Assembly: GCA_951406725.2 (NCBI GenBank)
Contig: OX597817.1
Location: forward strand, 132,494,001 to 132,558,000
Source: Octopus vulgaris
Taxonomy: Eukaryota
Reading direction: 5' to 3'
DNA length: 64,000 nt
A program made the translations under genes and the position numbers. The notes under the pieces were generated by a model that searched no databases, was not told the DNA's origin, and worked only from the letters and a program-made list of their open reading frames with translations. Below, in pieces: positions 12,844 through 26,289 of the stretch (position 1 is its first letter; each line of letters opens with the position of its first letter).

Positions 12844-13849
12844 GGTGAGATGTTGCAGGTACTGGAGGTTGGGAGTCAATTTATTATTGTTACAAGATTC
12901 CACGGTTTTTGAATTTTGAATTTCTCATTTATCATCACAAGTGAAAAATCTAAAAGATGAATGAAAAGACAAAAATGAAAACGAAAGTGAAAAAAAAAGA
13001 AAACCTGCAAAAGTTGAAAAAAGAAGTAAATTAAAACATAATAAAAATAATACTAACAAATTAATAATTCAAATTTTCGTTGAAAATTGAAATGAGTTTT
13101 CGTCATTGAACGTGAAAATTTGTTGCTATTTTTTATTTTCAAAATGGCTTCTTTCGGTCGTACTTGTGCGTCTGTTTGTGTGTGTATGTATGTGTGTGTG
13201 TGTAGTTGTATGTCTGTGTGAGTGTGTGTATGTGTGTGTGTGTGTGTCTTTAGATGTAGTAGAGTTGTCAGGTGGATTGGTTAGTTTATTAGCGTTCGTC
13301 AAGAAATTTGTCGACATCCAATGAAAATCTTAGAAGAGAAAAATAAACAAATATTCAAAGAAACAAACATTTAAACAAGTAAAAGAAATGGTAAAAAGAT
13401 GAAAAATAAAATAAAAAGAACTGAAAAAATAGAAGCAAAAACTAACAACGGCAAGAATATCGAAAATAGAAAACGAACCAATAAAAGAAGCGATGAATCG
13501 ATCTGTGAATTGATAGCATTAGTATTAGAGTCTTGGAGTAGTTTAGGAGAGAGAGAGAGAGCAAGTGAAGGAATGATCATAATTAGGTTCCAGCCATAAT
13601 TCCCAAAAGGAATTACAATGAACGCTAATACAGGCGATTTACTCTTATTTTGTCATGGAACCAACAAGAAGTAATTTTGCAATCCAAAGCAAATCAAAAT
13701 ATAGAATTATCTTAATGGAAATGTAAAATGATTGTTAACAAAATAAATAAATAAATAAATAACAATTGCTAAAAAATAAAGAAAGAAATAAAGAAATCAA
13801 GTGAAACAGTTTTAACCATAATTTATTAATTCTGTTATTGCCTTCGTCA

Positions 13850-14246
13850 TTATAATAATAACTATTATAATCGTATTATTCTTGTTCATGTTCTTCTTCT
13901 TAGAATCATTATTATTACTATTATGGATATTATCATCCACATCTTCATTATCATCATCATCATCACCATCATCAATAGCATCATCACCCTCAATATCATC
14001 GCCGCCGTCGTCGTCGTCGTCCACGTCTTCTTCTTTCACATTTCCTCCTCCTCATCCTCCTCCTCCCCATCATCATCATCATCATCATCATCATCATTAG
14101 GATCGACATCATCATCATTGTCACCAGAATCAGCACAACGTCATGCTCCTGTCACTCGTATTCTACCACACCTCCAGTCTTCTTTCTTTAACATCACTAC
14201 CACCACCACCACCACTACCATCATTATTATTATCATCATCATTATT

Positions 14247-14324
<78 letters not shown>

Positions 14325-14579
14325 GTACCTCATCATCATCATCATCAACCTCATCCTTATTATTAGTAGTAGTATTATTAGTATTAGTATTTTTATTATT
14401 ATTATTATCATTATTATTAGTATTGTTGTTGTTGTTGTTATTATTAAAGAAACTCATCATCACCGTCATCATATTCTTCATTTTTATTTCACCCTCCACG
14501 TCATCATTACCATTATCATTATCAATCATTATCAATTGATATTATAATTCATTATTATTGTTATTATTCTCATTATTCA

Positions 14580-14641
<62 letters not shown>

Positions 14642-14690
14642 TTATTATCATTGTTTTATTGTCGCTTTTGTTGTTGTTGTTATCCTCATC
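13850..14690 (+). repeat. Compound (ATC)n/(ATT)n/(GTT)n microsatellite field
   Basis: Directly visible. Confidence 0.9.
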
Positions 14691-15129
14691 GTTGTTACAT
14701 CTCTTTGGAATGCAATCCATTGAATTTATATTTGAATGTTAATGCCAGCAAGTATATAGACTCAATCTAAAGAAGGAGTAGAAAACATGAAAAAAAAACA
14801 AGACAAGAAAAACGAAGGACAAAAAGGAAGAAAGAAGCAAAGAGACCAGCATAGTATCAATTAGTATTCATGGCAGTTTGTTAATATCCACTTTAATTTG
14901 AATAGAATTGTTAATATTGTTGTTATATTACAGTTTGTAACCGGTTGAAAGTTAATGGTTTCCAGTCTTCTAAACGCGGTGAAAAGTAAGAAAGAAATAA
15001 CGTTTTTACGTGAAAATAATCTCAAAGAGATTCTCTAAATTGCTTGTTAAAGCGATGATAGGCAACTCCAGAATTGTATTCGAAATGAAGGGGATTTGGG
15101 GCGTAGCACCACACTACATCGATATCGGC

Positions 15130-15365
15130 AATCTTTTGCTTGTTTCAGTCATCAGACTGCGACCGTGCTGGGGCACCGGCTTGAACAATTCTTTCAGCTG
15201 AAAGAATCGATTCCAAAACTTATTATAGTTATTATAATTATTATTATTATTATTAAAGCTTGGTACTTATTCTATTGTTTTCGTATTGCCGCACCGCTAA
15301 GTTACATGCACGTAAACAAATCAATACTAGTCAAGTGATGGCGGATAAACACAGATACAAAGATA
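15130..15365 (-). mobile_element. SINE family A 3' half (its 5' half is at 18838-18980)
   Basis: TTGTTTCAGTCAT..GCTGGGGCACCG..CCGCTAAGTTAC; the matching 5' half resumes after the PLE block. Confidence 0.65.
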
Positions 15366-15377
15366 CATATATACATG

Positions 15378-15432
<55 letters not shown>

Positions 15433-15473
15433 ATACACACACACACACATATATATATATGTGTGTGTGTGTT

Positions 15474-15506
<33 letters not shown>

Positions 15507-15715
15507 TTATTAAAAAAGGAGCAGAAATATCTCAAAAAGTGTTACTCAGAGTTTCACGTTCCATGTCCTTGTCCGACGAACGGGAACGTGATACTCTGAG
15601 TAACAGCATTTGTGATATTTCTGCTGATTTTTAATAAATCATTTTACTCTACCTCTGGTATTCGTGTACTATCTTTTCCACCTTGTTTCGCATTTATGTG
15701 CTTACTCCGGTGTAT
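15507..15715. mobile_element. Short palindromic PLE-type element with decayed hammerhead (15569-15606, +)
   Basis: AGCAGAAATATC..GTTACTCAGAGTTTCACGTTCC is inverted against GGAACGTGATACTCTGAGTAAC..GATATTTCTGCT; same family as 41290-41600 and 56960-57085. Confidence 0.65.
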
Positions 15716-16240
15716 ATATATATATAGGTGAGAAAGTTGGTGTGTGAAAGCACGTCGTTGAATATATAAAAAATAAAAGAGTGAAAAAAGTACAGAAGGC
15801 TTGTTTTATAAGGTTAAAGAATATATTTAAGTCGTTATGTTAAAAAAATGTTATAAAATTTTGTTTATAGTAACATAGTTTGTGGAGAAAAACCGGTTTC
15901 GTGTAAACTTTTCAAGTTCTCAAATTTCTTTGCCTACATCGTGTCATAACTTCGTTATGAAGTGCAAAGAAGAGGTCCAGGTTGGGGGAGGTAATAAGGG
16001 ATTTCTTCTGGTATAAGGGAGATAATCACTTTATTTATTTATTTTATTTACTTTTTAATGGGATGAGTTTATCTGTATAAGAATGTTAGGATGGTTAAGT
16101 TCAGGCTTATATTTTTCAATGAAGAAGGTTTCCTTGTTTAATCTAACTTGTGTTGGTGTTCCAATAGCACATTGATAGAATGGAAAGATTAAAAATTGGG
16201 GTAGTAGTTGCTTTGCGCATTTCTCAATATGCTCACTAAT

Positions 16241-18092
16241 GGAAGGAACTGATAGAACTTCAAAATGATGAAGATATAACTATTAAAGAAGCAGACAAAG
16301 GAAGTGCAGTTGTAATGATGGATACATTATACTATAGAAATTTAATAATTTCCTTGCTTGATGACAATCAACATTATGAAAAAATCACCAACTACACCCC
16401 GCAAAAAATAATGAAAACTCTGTCCTCACTAATTAAAACCCATGGAAAGAAACTGATAACCAAAGAGATTGACTTTCTAACAAACTTTAAATGCAAACCT
16501 AGCCTCTTCTATGGTCTGCCAAAAATACACAAAAGCCAAATTAAAAATAAAACCATTACAAAATCACCAAAGACTTACATACCCACACTTAACCAAGGGG
16601 ACCTAAAACTACGACCAATTGTAGCTGGCCCAGCCTGTGAAACACACAGATTAAGTCTATTTATGGACATCCTCCTGAAACCCTTCCTCAAACACATCGA
16701 TAGTCATATCAGAGATGACTTGGATATGTTAAATCACATTCCAAAAAAGTCAAGGAAGAAACAATCATGGTTTCATTTGATGTTGTTAATTTATATGCCA
16801 GTATACCTCATAATTATGGACTAGAGGCAATACAGTTCAGGCTGGACCAATTTCCGGAAGAAATACCAAAAAGGATCAGTAAAGAATTCATTACTAAATC
16901 GGTTGAATTTATCCTACAAAATAACCACTTCGTGCTTGACAATATGTTTTACCGTCAAAAATCCGGAATGGCTATGGGTACAAAGGCAGCACCAGTCATT
17001 GCGAACCTAACAATGGGCTACCTGGAAATAGTTATATACCAGGAATCTTTATCGACCTTTGGAAACCCCATTTCTCAATACATAAAAGAGAATTGGAAAA
17101 GATTCCTGGACGACTGTTTTATACTCTGAAATGAAAACACAGATAAACTCCTAAAATTCAAAAACTTATTGAACAGCATCAACCCAAATATACAGTTCAC
17201 AATGGGGTACAACAAAAAGGAGCTTCCATTCTTAGATATACTGATTAAGAAAATTAACCTAAAAATAGAAACAGACATTTTTTACAAAGCCACAGACGCC
17301 AAACAATACCTACATATTGATTCATGCCACCCAAGACACACTAAAACAAACATCCCTTTCAACCTTGCAAGAAGGATATGCACAATAGTGTCAGAACAAA
17401 ATACCAGGAACTTTAGACTACAAGAACTCAAAAGCACCCTAATTGACAGGCACTACCCAGTTCAACTCATAGAAGATGGGATCAGACGTGCAACAGAAAT
17501 CGACATAGAAACTTCGAGAAAAGTTCAACACAACAACACACCTTCCCCGAAAATACTGCCTTACATATCCACATACAACCCCAGAAACAAAGAAGCCTTC
17601 ACCATCATCACCCAGAATTTACCAATACTTCATAAGGACCCCAAATTAAAGGAAATTCTAAACACATAAAATCATTAAAAGCTACAAACAACCTAAATCA
17701 CTTAAAAACATTCTCACAAAGCCAAAATTGTTTTCTGAAATTACGGATGCAAAAGTGAAAAATGTGACAGACCAAACTGCGCAACATGCCCAAACCTTCT
17801 AGAAGGATCAGAATTCCTTTTCAAAGACGGACAAAAATTCAAGATCAGATCTAATTTTACTTGTGCTTCTGAAAACATAATTTATGTCATAAGATGCTCG
17901 GGCTGTCACCAAAACTACATAGGGTCCACGGGACTATCACTCAGACGCAGATGCACTCTGCATCGACAACAGATTTCATTCAAGAATACAGAATGATACC
18001 CTTTAGTGAGCATATAGAGAAATGCGCAAAGCAACTACTACCACAATTTTTAATCTTTCCGTTCTATCAATGTGCTATTGGAACACCAACAC
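16241..18092 (+). pseudogene. Disrupted PLE RT + GIY-YIG endonuclease ORF
   Basis: Motifs ADKGSAVV, FYGLPKIHK, RPIVAG, SFDVVNLY, GMAMGT, RFLDDCF, LPFLDIL, SCHPRH, CxxxxCxxC linker, IYVIRCSGCHQNYIG; frameshifts near 16750, 17665 and 17760, and a stop at 17127. Confidence 0.9.
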
Positions 18093-18661
18093 AAAGTTTG
18101 TTAGAAAGTCAATCTCTTTGGTTGTCAGTTCCTATCCATGGGTTTTAATTAGTGAGGACAGGGTTTTCATTATTTTTTGCGGGGTGTAGTTGGTGATTTT
18201 TCCATAATGTTGATTGTCATCAAGCAAGGAAATTACTAAATTTCTATTGTATAATGTATCCATCATTACAACTGCACTTCCTTTGTCTTCTTCCTTAATA
18301 GTTATATCTTCATCATTTTGAAGTTCTATCAGTTCCTTCCATTAGTGAGCATATTGAGAAATGCGCAAAGCAACTACTACCCCAATTTTTAATCTTTCCA
18401 TTCTATCAATGTGCTATTGAAACACCAACACAAATTAGATTAAACAAGGAAACCTTCTTCATTGAAAAATATAAGCCTGAACTTAACCATCCTAACATTC
18501 TTATACAGATAAACTCATCCCATTAAAAAGGAAATAAATAAATAAATAAATAAAGTGATTATCTCCCTTATACCGGAAGAAATCCCTTATTACCTCCCCC
18601 GCCTGGAACTCTTCTTTGCACTTCATAACGAAGATATGACACTATGTAGGCAAAGAAATTT

Positions 18662-18698
18662 GAGAAATTGAAAAGTTTACACGAAACCGGTTTTTCTC
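18662..18698 (+). ncRNA. Hammerhead-like motif (U3-A8 variant) in the PLE 3' UTR; copies at 15885-15921 (-) and 59365-59403 (-)
   Basis: GAGAAA-TTGAAAA-GT-TTAC-AC-GAAA-CCG-GTT-TTTCTC. Confidence 0.5.
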
Positions 18699-19144
18699 CA
18701 AAAACTATGTTACTATACACAAAATTTTATAACATTTTTTTAACAAAACGACTTAAATATATTCTTTAACCTTATAAAACAAGCCTTCTGTACTTTTTTC
18801 ACTCTTCTATTTTTATATATATATACATATACATATATACGATGTGCTTCTTTCAGTTTCTGTCGAGTAAATCCACTCACAAGGCTACAATAGAAGACCC
18901 AAGTTACCACGAAGTCTGACTGAACCCAGAACCATGAGGTTCGGACACAAACTTCTTATCCAACAGCCACGCTTACACCAATAGAAAGTTTATTATTCCC
19001 TCCCAAATATAATGTAGAATTGCCTCTCCCCACCCTTCCTTCTCTCTCTTTCTCTCTCTCTCTGTACGATATAAAGCGTGATTCAAAGTATCAGCCAACA
19101 AATCAAGCAACATTTATGTCGGCTATTAATATGTAGACATAAAA

Positions 19145-19340
19145 TCTTTTCTACTCTTTTCAGGAGGGCCGAAATTTTGGGGGATCGATCCAAGTACGCA
19201 GCTGGTACTTAATTTATCGACCGCGAAAGGATGAAAAGCAAAGTCGACCTCGGCATAATTTGAACTCAGAACGTAGCGGCAGACGAAATACCGCTAAGTA
19301 TTTTGCCCGGCGTGCTAACGTTTCTGCCAGTTCACCGCTT
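19145..19340 (-). mobile_element. SINE family B
   Basis: Matches 8805-9040. Confidence 0.8.
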
Positions 19341-20216
19341 TTATGTAGAGATACACTGTAAATTGACAGAAACACAAAGAAGTCCCGGTACTGTATCTTT
19401 CCCTGTTATTTAAAGAAAGGGGTATGCTTGTGATAATTCTTTTGACTAAAAACTAACATCAGAAGTTCTGTATTCTTCCAAGTCGGGTACTTCATTAAAC
19501 AATGGAACTTACATAGGACAGTTTTAAGCAAACACCTCCAAAGATTCAATGATACAAGGAAAAGTCGGGAAAATAAAACAGTTCAGAAATGCACACAGTT
19601 TGAAACAATTATTCAGAGGCTACTGGATCGATTTTCCCTGAAATTAGTTGAGGATGAAATAGATATAATTTTGTTCCGACTTACTATCTCTTTTTGTGTG
19701 TGTGTATGTGTGTGTGTGTGTTTGTGTTTGTGTGTGCCTGTGTGTGCCTGTGTGTGACGAAGAATGGAATTTATATTACGTTTAATTCTTTAGTAACGAG
19801 CGTTTCAATATTGTATGGAGTATAGATTATATGAATACAAATATTAAAATGAACCTGAATATAAACGAGTTTATACTATTACAGTATATTAACGTAAACC
19901 ATGTGTATCCCCAAAGACAAGGACTTATATATATATGTTTATATATCTAAGTATCTGTCTATCTGCCTGTCTGTCTGTATGTATGTAAGTATATATGTAT
20001 GTATGTATTATGTATGTATGTAGGTGTACATATGGGTGCGTGTGGGGCTCGTTTTTCCCGTGCTTCTTTTATTTTCCTTTCATTAACTCCCTATATACCT
20101 CACTTTGCATAATTCACGCTACAGCCTGTCTTTGGTGTATCTCTCGCTCCATTTTCCTCCTATTCCTTTTCCTTTCTCTTGCCTCTCGTCCCCTAATCCA
20201 TCTTTCCACCCCATTG

Positions 20217-20251
<35 letters not shown>

Positions 20252-21019
20252 CCTCCCTCCCTCCCTCCCTCTTTCTTTCTCTTTCTCTTCGTTTAGTTTC
20301 AGAGAATCGTCCTCACTCGGTTACAGCAATTTCATGCCCCCAGTTATTGATTAATTACGCCTCAAAGTTCTCTCCCTTACATTCCCTGGCAGAAGTTGAC
20401 GCTTCTGTTAATTTCACTTGAAATCAGCCTTGATCTAAGTAGATCCTTAACACTGAACATTCCATCCATGGCTGTTCTGTCCTTTTCAAAGATTAGTGTA
20501 TCTCAAATTCTATTGCTCAATGATCAGCCAGACCTGCTATAGACCGCATTCCAATCTTAATTACCTCCATATTTTGTTCCTTTGTATTCTCTGTCACATC
20601 ATATCTAGAATACTATATTGTCAATACGTCCTTCATTTCTTCAGTCGGTAGATATAATTTGTGGTAGATTTTGCCAGCAGCGTCCAGTAACTCTTCATTA
20701 AAAGTAATGTCTTTAATTTCGATTTATTAAAAGTTCTGCTTTGTAAATGATTTTGTGGATACCAGTGCGCTATTGTTTAACCCTGGGTCATCATATGACT
20801 TTATTCATGACATAGAGAGCCCCCTGATTTTTATGTGTGAGAGCAGCCGTATTTATTAGTCCAAAATAAAGTAACTTCTCAGGCCTGGAGCGTCTTCAGT
20901 GGTGCTCATTCCCTTGCAAGCATTTGGAGCATGCTCGTCTTAATTGTAGATTATCATTAGTGACATGTGTCGCTACATTGACGCCCTCTACAGTTTTTTT
21001 AATTATCAACCACATGATA

Positions 21020-21213
21020 TTCTTTTATTCTTTTATTTGTTTCAGTCATTTGGCTGCAGTCATGCTGGAGCTACGCCTTTAGTCGAACAAATCGATCCCA
21101 GGACTTTAAGCCTAGTACTTATTCTATTGTCTCTTTTGCCGAACCTCTGAATTATGGGGACGTAAACAAACTAATATCGGTTGTCAAGTGATGGTGGGGG
21201 GACGAACACAGAT

Positions 21214-21298
<85 letters not shown>

Positions 21299-21458
21299 AC
21301 GGGCTTTCAGTTTCCGTCTACCAAGTCAATTCACAAAGCTTTGGTCGACCTGAGGCTGTAGTAGAAGACACTTGCCTAAGGTGCCACGCAGTGGGACTGA
21401 ACCCGGAACCATGTGGCTGGTAAGCAAGCTACTTACCACACACTCACTCTTGCGCCTT
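21020..21458 (-). mobile_element. SINE family A, full length
   Basis: Reverse complement of 24100-24668 with internal (CA)n. Confidence 0.85.
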
Positions 21459-21469
21459 TAGATGATTTT

Positions 21470-22021
21470 TCTTTCTCTTCTCTAATACCCATGAACTCCC
21501 ATTCAGTCACTTAGACTCTATTACATCCTTTTCCGCCGCACAAATCTTTCACCTCTAACCTAGAGACCATATTAGTTGTGCAGTTGAGTACTATCATCAT
21601 TTCGAAAAAGGAGATGTCTGAGTGTATATAGATTCCACTCACCTCGCTTATCTGAATATCAACCACACAAATCTCCCAGTTACTCTCCCTCAAATTTTCA
21701 CACTCACATTCCTCTAAATAGTCCTGCTTCTTCTACCCTTCCCCAAACTCTTTCGACCACAAGCAACCCTATGTTTTCCTACATCAAGGACATCTGTCTT
21801 ACATCATTTCTTGCTGAAGCATGCATCCTTAGTGATGCTCAATCAATGCTCAAAACTTTTCTTGGCTCTCATATTGAACTCGTATTGATAATAATAATGA
21901 AGCAAAAACTGGATATTTCAACAATATTAATCAATTAATTCCATTCCTTACATCTACCTCTGACCAACACCCACACACATTATAAACACTCGGATCCCTT
22001 TCTCACGCCTAAACAATCCAG

Positions 22022-22054
<33 letters not shown>

Positions 22055-22430
22055 CTCTCTCTCTCTCTCTCTCTCTTCGTTCATCAGAGACACCTCGCTG
22101 ATAGCTGAAACAAATCTTTTCAGGGACGTTCCTCCACACCTCACATTCAATCAAACCACATATCCTCCAACCACCAAAACGATTTATTCATAGCTGTACT
22201 ACAGTTGTTTGGACACAGGATATGATTTTAAAACACTGGAGAAAATTACTCTTCCCTCCAAACCAGAAATTACTCTTCTCTCCAACGCACATCCTGTAAG
22301 ATCCTCCAAAATGCGAGAACTTCTTCAGCTGTATTTGTACTTTTTCTCCTTCGTACAAATTTGCTGCTTAGTACACTTCGAGAACTTACAGACAGATTAC
22401 CTAATCCTACTAAATATTTTCATTCTGTCG
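21470..22430 (-). mobile_element. Possible highly decayed LINE remnant
   Basis: Minus strand yields Trp-rich fragments such as CVGEKSNFWFG, reminiscent of L1/Tx1 C-terminal regions; no continuous ORF. Confidence 0.2.
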
Positions 22431-22641
22431 TGATTCGAAAATCCTTCTATTAGAGTCTCTTTCTAGTCTTCAAATATGGCAACGTTTATAGATGCGTAAC
22501 GTCTTACATTTCGGATAATACAGCCTGTCTACTTCATTTTTAAAAGTTTTCTTGATTTTATAATGTTATAATGGAAAGCAAATTCAACCCAGAGTATAAA
22601 GAAACATAATTATATATCTACAAGGCTATTTGCATATAATT

Positions 22642-22953
22642 GTGGAGGCACATGGCCTAGCGGTTAGAGCAGCGGACTCGCGGTCGAGGGATCGCGGTTT
22701 CGAATCTCCGACCGGGCGATGTGTATATTTATGAGCGAAACACCTAAGTTCCACGCGGCTCCGGCAGAAGGTAATGGCGAACTTCTGCTGACTCTTTCGG
22801 CCACAACTTTCTCTCAATCTTTCCTTCTGCATCTTGCAACTCACCTGCGACGGACCGGCGTCCCCTCCAGGTGGTGAACCTATACGCCAAGGAAACCGGG
22901 AAACCGGCCCTTATGAGCCAGGAATGGCTCAAGAAGGAACAAACAAAACAAAC
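22642..22953 (+). mobile_element. SINE with C-type head and alternative tail, with TSD
   Basis: tRNA A/B boxes; flanked by ATTTGCATATAATT / ATTTGCACATAATT; tail shared with 51812-52110 (-). Confidence 0.85.
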
Positions 22954-23932
22954 ATTTGCACATAATTAAATATTTGCAAGACCATTTGCCCATCATCTAC
23001 GCATTCTTTAATCTATAAAACTGGATTAAAACATCAGTTATTTTCATAAGTTATTAACCGTGATACGACCATGATTTTTACAGCGACCGTAAATTTAAGA
23101 AATTCACACATTAAAATCAAAGAGAAAGAACGATGCTAAAAGACAATAAGAGTGTGGCTGCATTGTGAAGAAACGAAAAAAGACGGAGTTAAGTTTTACG
23201 TGTTATGAAATAAGTTTAGTAATCAATAATTATTATATTGGGTTTGAAGAAGTTTAGAGGAGACTGAAATAACTTTTATCGACTAAAATTTGGCTGCATT
23301 GGCGTCGTGAAGGTTTCTTCCATTGACAACAGTCTGATAACAACGTAGAAGAATTGGCAAGCATTTGTCATATCTGTTAGAGGAATTTCATTGAAAGAAA
23401 CATTTCACTCCAACGTCCAGACGTACGGAGACCATTTTTGGATTTGAAATCGAATTTCAGAAAGAATAAAAGTTTGAACGTTAGGTTGATAGAAAGGACT
23501 TCTGACCAAAACGTGTTGAAGTTCGATAATGAATAGGACTGTGTATGTGTGTATGAATACATATACATACATATATACATACTAATATACATACATATAC
23601 GCACATACATGCCTACATACATGCATACATACATACATACATACATACATACATACATACATACATACATACGTACATACATACATACATATATATATAT
23701 GCATGAGTGTGTTGGTTCTTTAAGTAAATGAGATGGGTGTATTAGAATGTGAAATAAACGTGAAAGAGGCGGTTAAATGGAATAATTGTATAAAATGACA
23801 TTTAAAGAAATGATTTATTCGCTGCGATTGATGGGGAGATTTGTTGAATATACATACATACACACATACACAGATGTACGTATATTATACACACACACAT
23901 ACACTCGCACAGATGGCCATATGAACGTGTAT

Positions 23933-23971
<39 letters not shown>

Positions 23972-24099
23972 TCTCACCCAGGCACATACATACATTTACA
24001 TGCGCGCGCACACACACACACACACATATATATATACATAAAGTGAGAGAGAGAGAAAGAATGAGACCGAGATACATATAGAAATATATGAACATACAT

Positions 24100-24272
24100 A
24101 GGCGCAGGAGTGGCTTTGTGGTAAGTTGCTTGCTTACTAACCACATAGTTAAGGGTTCAGTCCCACTGCTTGGCAAATTGGTCAAGTGCCTTCTACTATA
24201 GCCTCGGACCACTCAAAGACTTGTGAGTGTATTTGATTGACGGAAACTGAAAGAAGCCTGTCGTATATCTAT

Positions 24273-24318
<46 letters not shown>

Positions 24319-24328
24319 GCTAATACAT

Positions 24329-24393
<65 letters not shown>

Positions 24394-24394
24394 T

Positions 24395-24449
<55 letters not shown>

Positions 24450-24668
24450 TGTATATGTTTGTGTATTTGTTTTTGTCCCCCACCATCGCTTGGCAACCGA
24501 TGCTGGTGTTTTTATGTCCCCATAACTTAGCGGTTCGGCATAGGCGACCGATAGAATTAGTACTAGGCATACAACGAATATGTTCGGGGGTCGATTTGTT
24601 CGACTAAAGGCGGCGCTCCAGCATGGCCGCAGCCAAATGACTGAAGCAAGAAAAAGAATAAAAGAATA
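24100..24668 (+). mobile_element. SINE family A, full length with expanded internal (TA)n/(GATA)n
   Basis: GGCGCAGGAGTGGC..GGTAAG head, GGTTCAGTCCC B box, internal microsatellite, tail GGCGGCGCTCCAGCATGGCCGCAG. Confidence 0.88.
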
Positions 24669-25011
24669 CATGCTTATATATTTCATTGTGTGTGTCTATG
24701 TATATACATATATACACACACATTAACGCACATTTAGACTTATATATATATATATATATATGGGTAAATACGTGCATGAGTATAAATGAGTGTATGGGTG
24801 AGAGTGCGAGGGGTGTATGGGTGCAGAGAGAGAGAGAGAGAGAGAGGAAGTAATGTAGAGAGAGATCGAAGTGGATCACAAAGGAGGAGGAAACCAAACT
24901 TGAGTTGTTAGTGTAGACAATACTAAGAGGTTAGTTACAAACGTCCCTAACGCTATTTCGTTGATAAGGTGGTGGTATTCATGAAATGGAGTTAAGGAGA
25001 GAGATAGGTAG

Positions 25012-25094
<83 letters not shown>

Positions 25095-25196
25095 GAGATA
25101 GATAGATAGATAGGTAGATAGATAGATAGATAGATATATAGATAGATAGATAGACAGAGAGAGAGAGAGAGAGAGAGAATGTGAGAGAGAGAATGT

Positions 25197-25291
<95 letters not shown>

Positions 25292-26119
25292 GTAGTGTCT
25301 GTGCACCGATAATTTGAGGTGCAGAAAGTGAGAAATAGATTATATAAAGAAGTAGAAGAAAAACAAAAGATAACGATTGCAAAGAGGAGAGGAAAATTGA
25401 TGTGTATGTCAGTGGTGCAGAAAACAGGGGAGATAATTGATGAAATTAAGCAGTAGAAGTCAGAGCACTAAGCATGGAATGGAGTTGCGAGTTAAAACTA
25501 TTAGACATTCTCTGTTAAAATAACAGGTCAAAGGTCTTGAGATGGAAACAGAATTAATATTTAGTGAGAGAGAAATTTAATAAGAAATATTATTTATGTT
25601 TCTTAAATGGAAATATCCTTCCCATCCTAATTCAGCTTCAATTTCCACATCTCTTTCTTTATCTATTTTCGTTTTCGTCTCCATTTGCAGCAGGGTGTAA
25701 ACTTTATTATCAGTTATAGAGACTTCATTGATTTAATAAGAAACGTTAAAGCAGTAAGAGAATTCAATATATTATTTTAAAACAACTAAGTTATATTATT
25801 CAATATGGTTATATTACTGCATGTAAATAATTTTTCTTATTAAAAAGACTGGACGGAATAAAACTGTGTGACTCCGATAAATGGAAATTTCGTTAATTCC
25901 TCTGTATTTTTTAAGAAGTTGATGATGAAAATAGAGTAATCGACCGTAGTTTATAACTTTCCCTATATTTTCATACATTCCAACTAAATCTAATTCGATA
26001 CCTATGTGTGGAATAATGAGTAAAAATGATTATTTAAAAATCCGGTCAGATAGGCAACACTTTCGTTTCTGTAGGGTAGCACTTCACATTCGACAAATGG
26101 TAAAAAAATGTTTAAAATA

Positions 26120-26176
<57 letters not shown>

Positions 26177-26289
26177 GGTGGGCTTTATATCAGTTTCCCT
26201 CTACACAAAGCTTTCGTTAATCCGAGGTTATTGTTTCTAGAAGACACTTGCACAAGTTGCCGCGTAATGTATGTATAAAAGGACACATT

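Larger units (their letters stand above)
15755..18820 (+). mobile_element. Penelope-like element (Neptune-type), 5'-truncated, with ~730-bp terminal inverted arms
   Basis: 15755-16488 is the reverse complement of 18093-18820; central disrupted RT-EN ORF; (TA)n flanks. Confidence 0.9.

Noticed and set aside
12313-12912. Long poly-L / poly-K ORFs, and all YI/HT/CV/poly-I ORFs in the track
   Set aside because: Translations of (AAG)n, (TA)n, (CA)n and (ATT)n microsatellites.
17127-17129. In-frame TGA in the PLE RT as possible selenocysteine (Naiad-type PLE selenoproteins)
   Set aside because: The second copy has TGG (W) here, the element has the DKG motif, and other frameshifts exist; this is an ordinary nonsense mutation.
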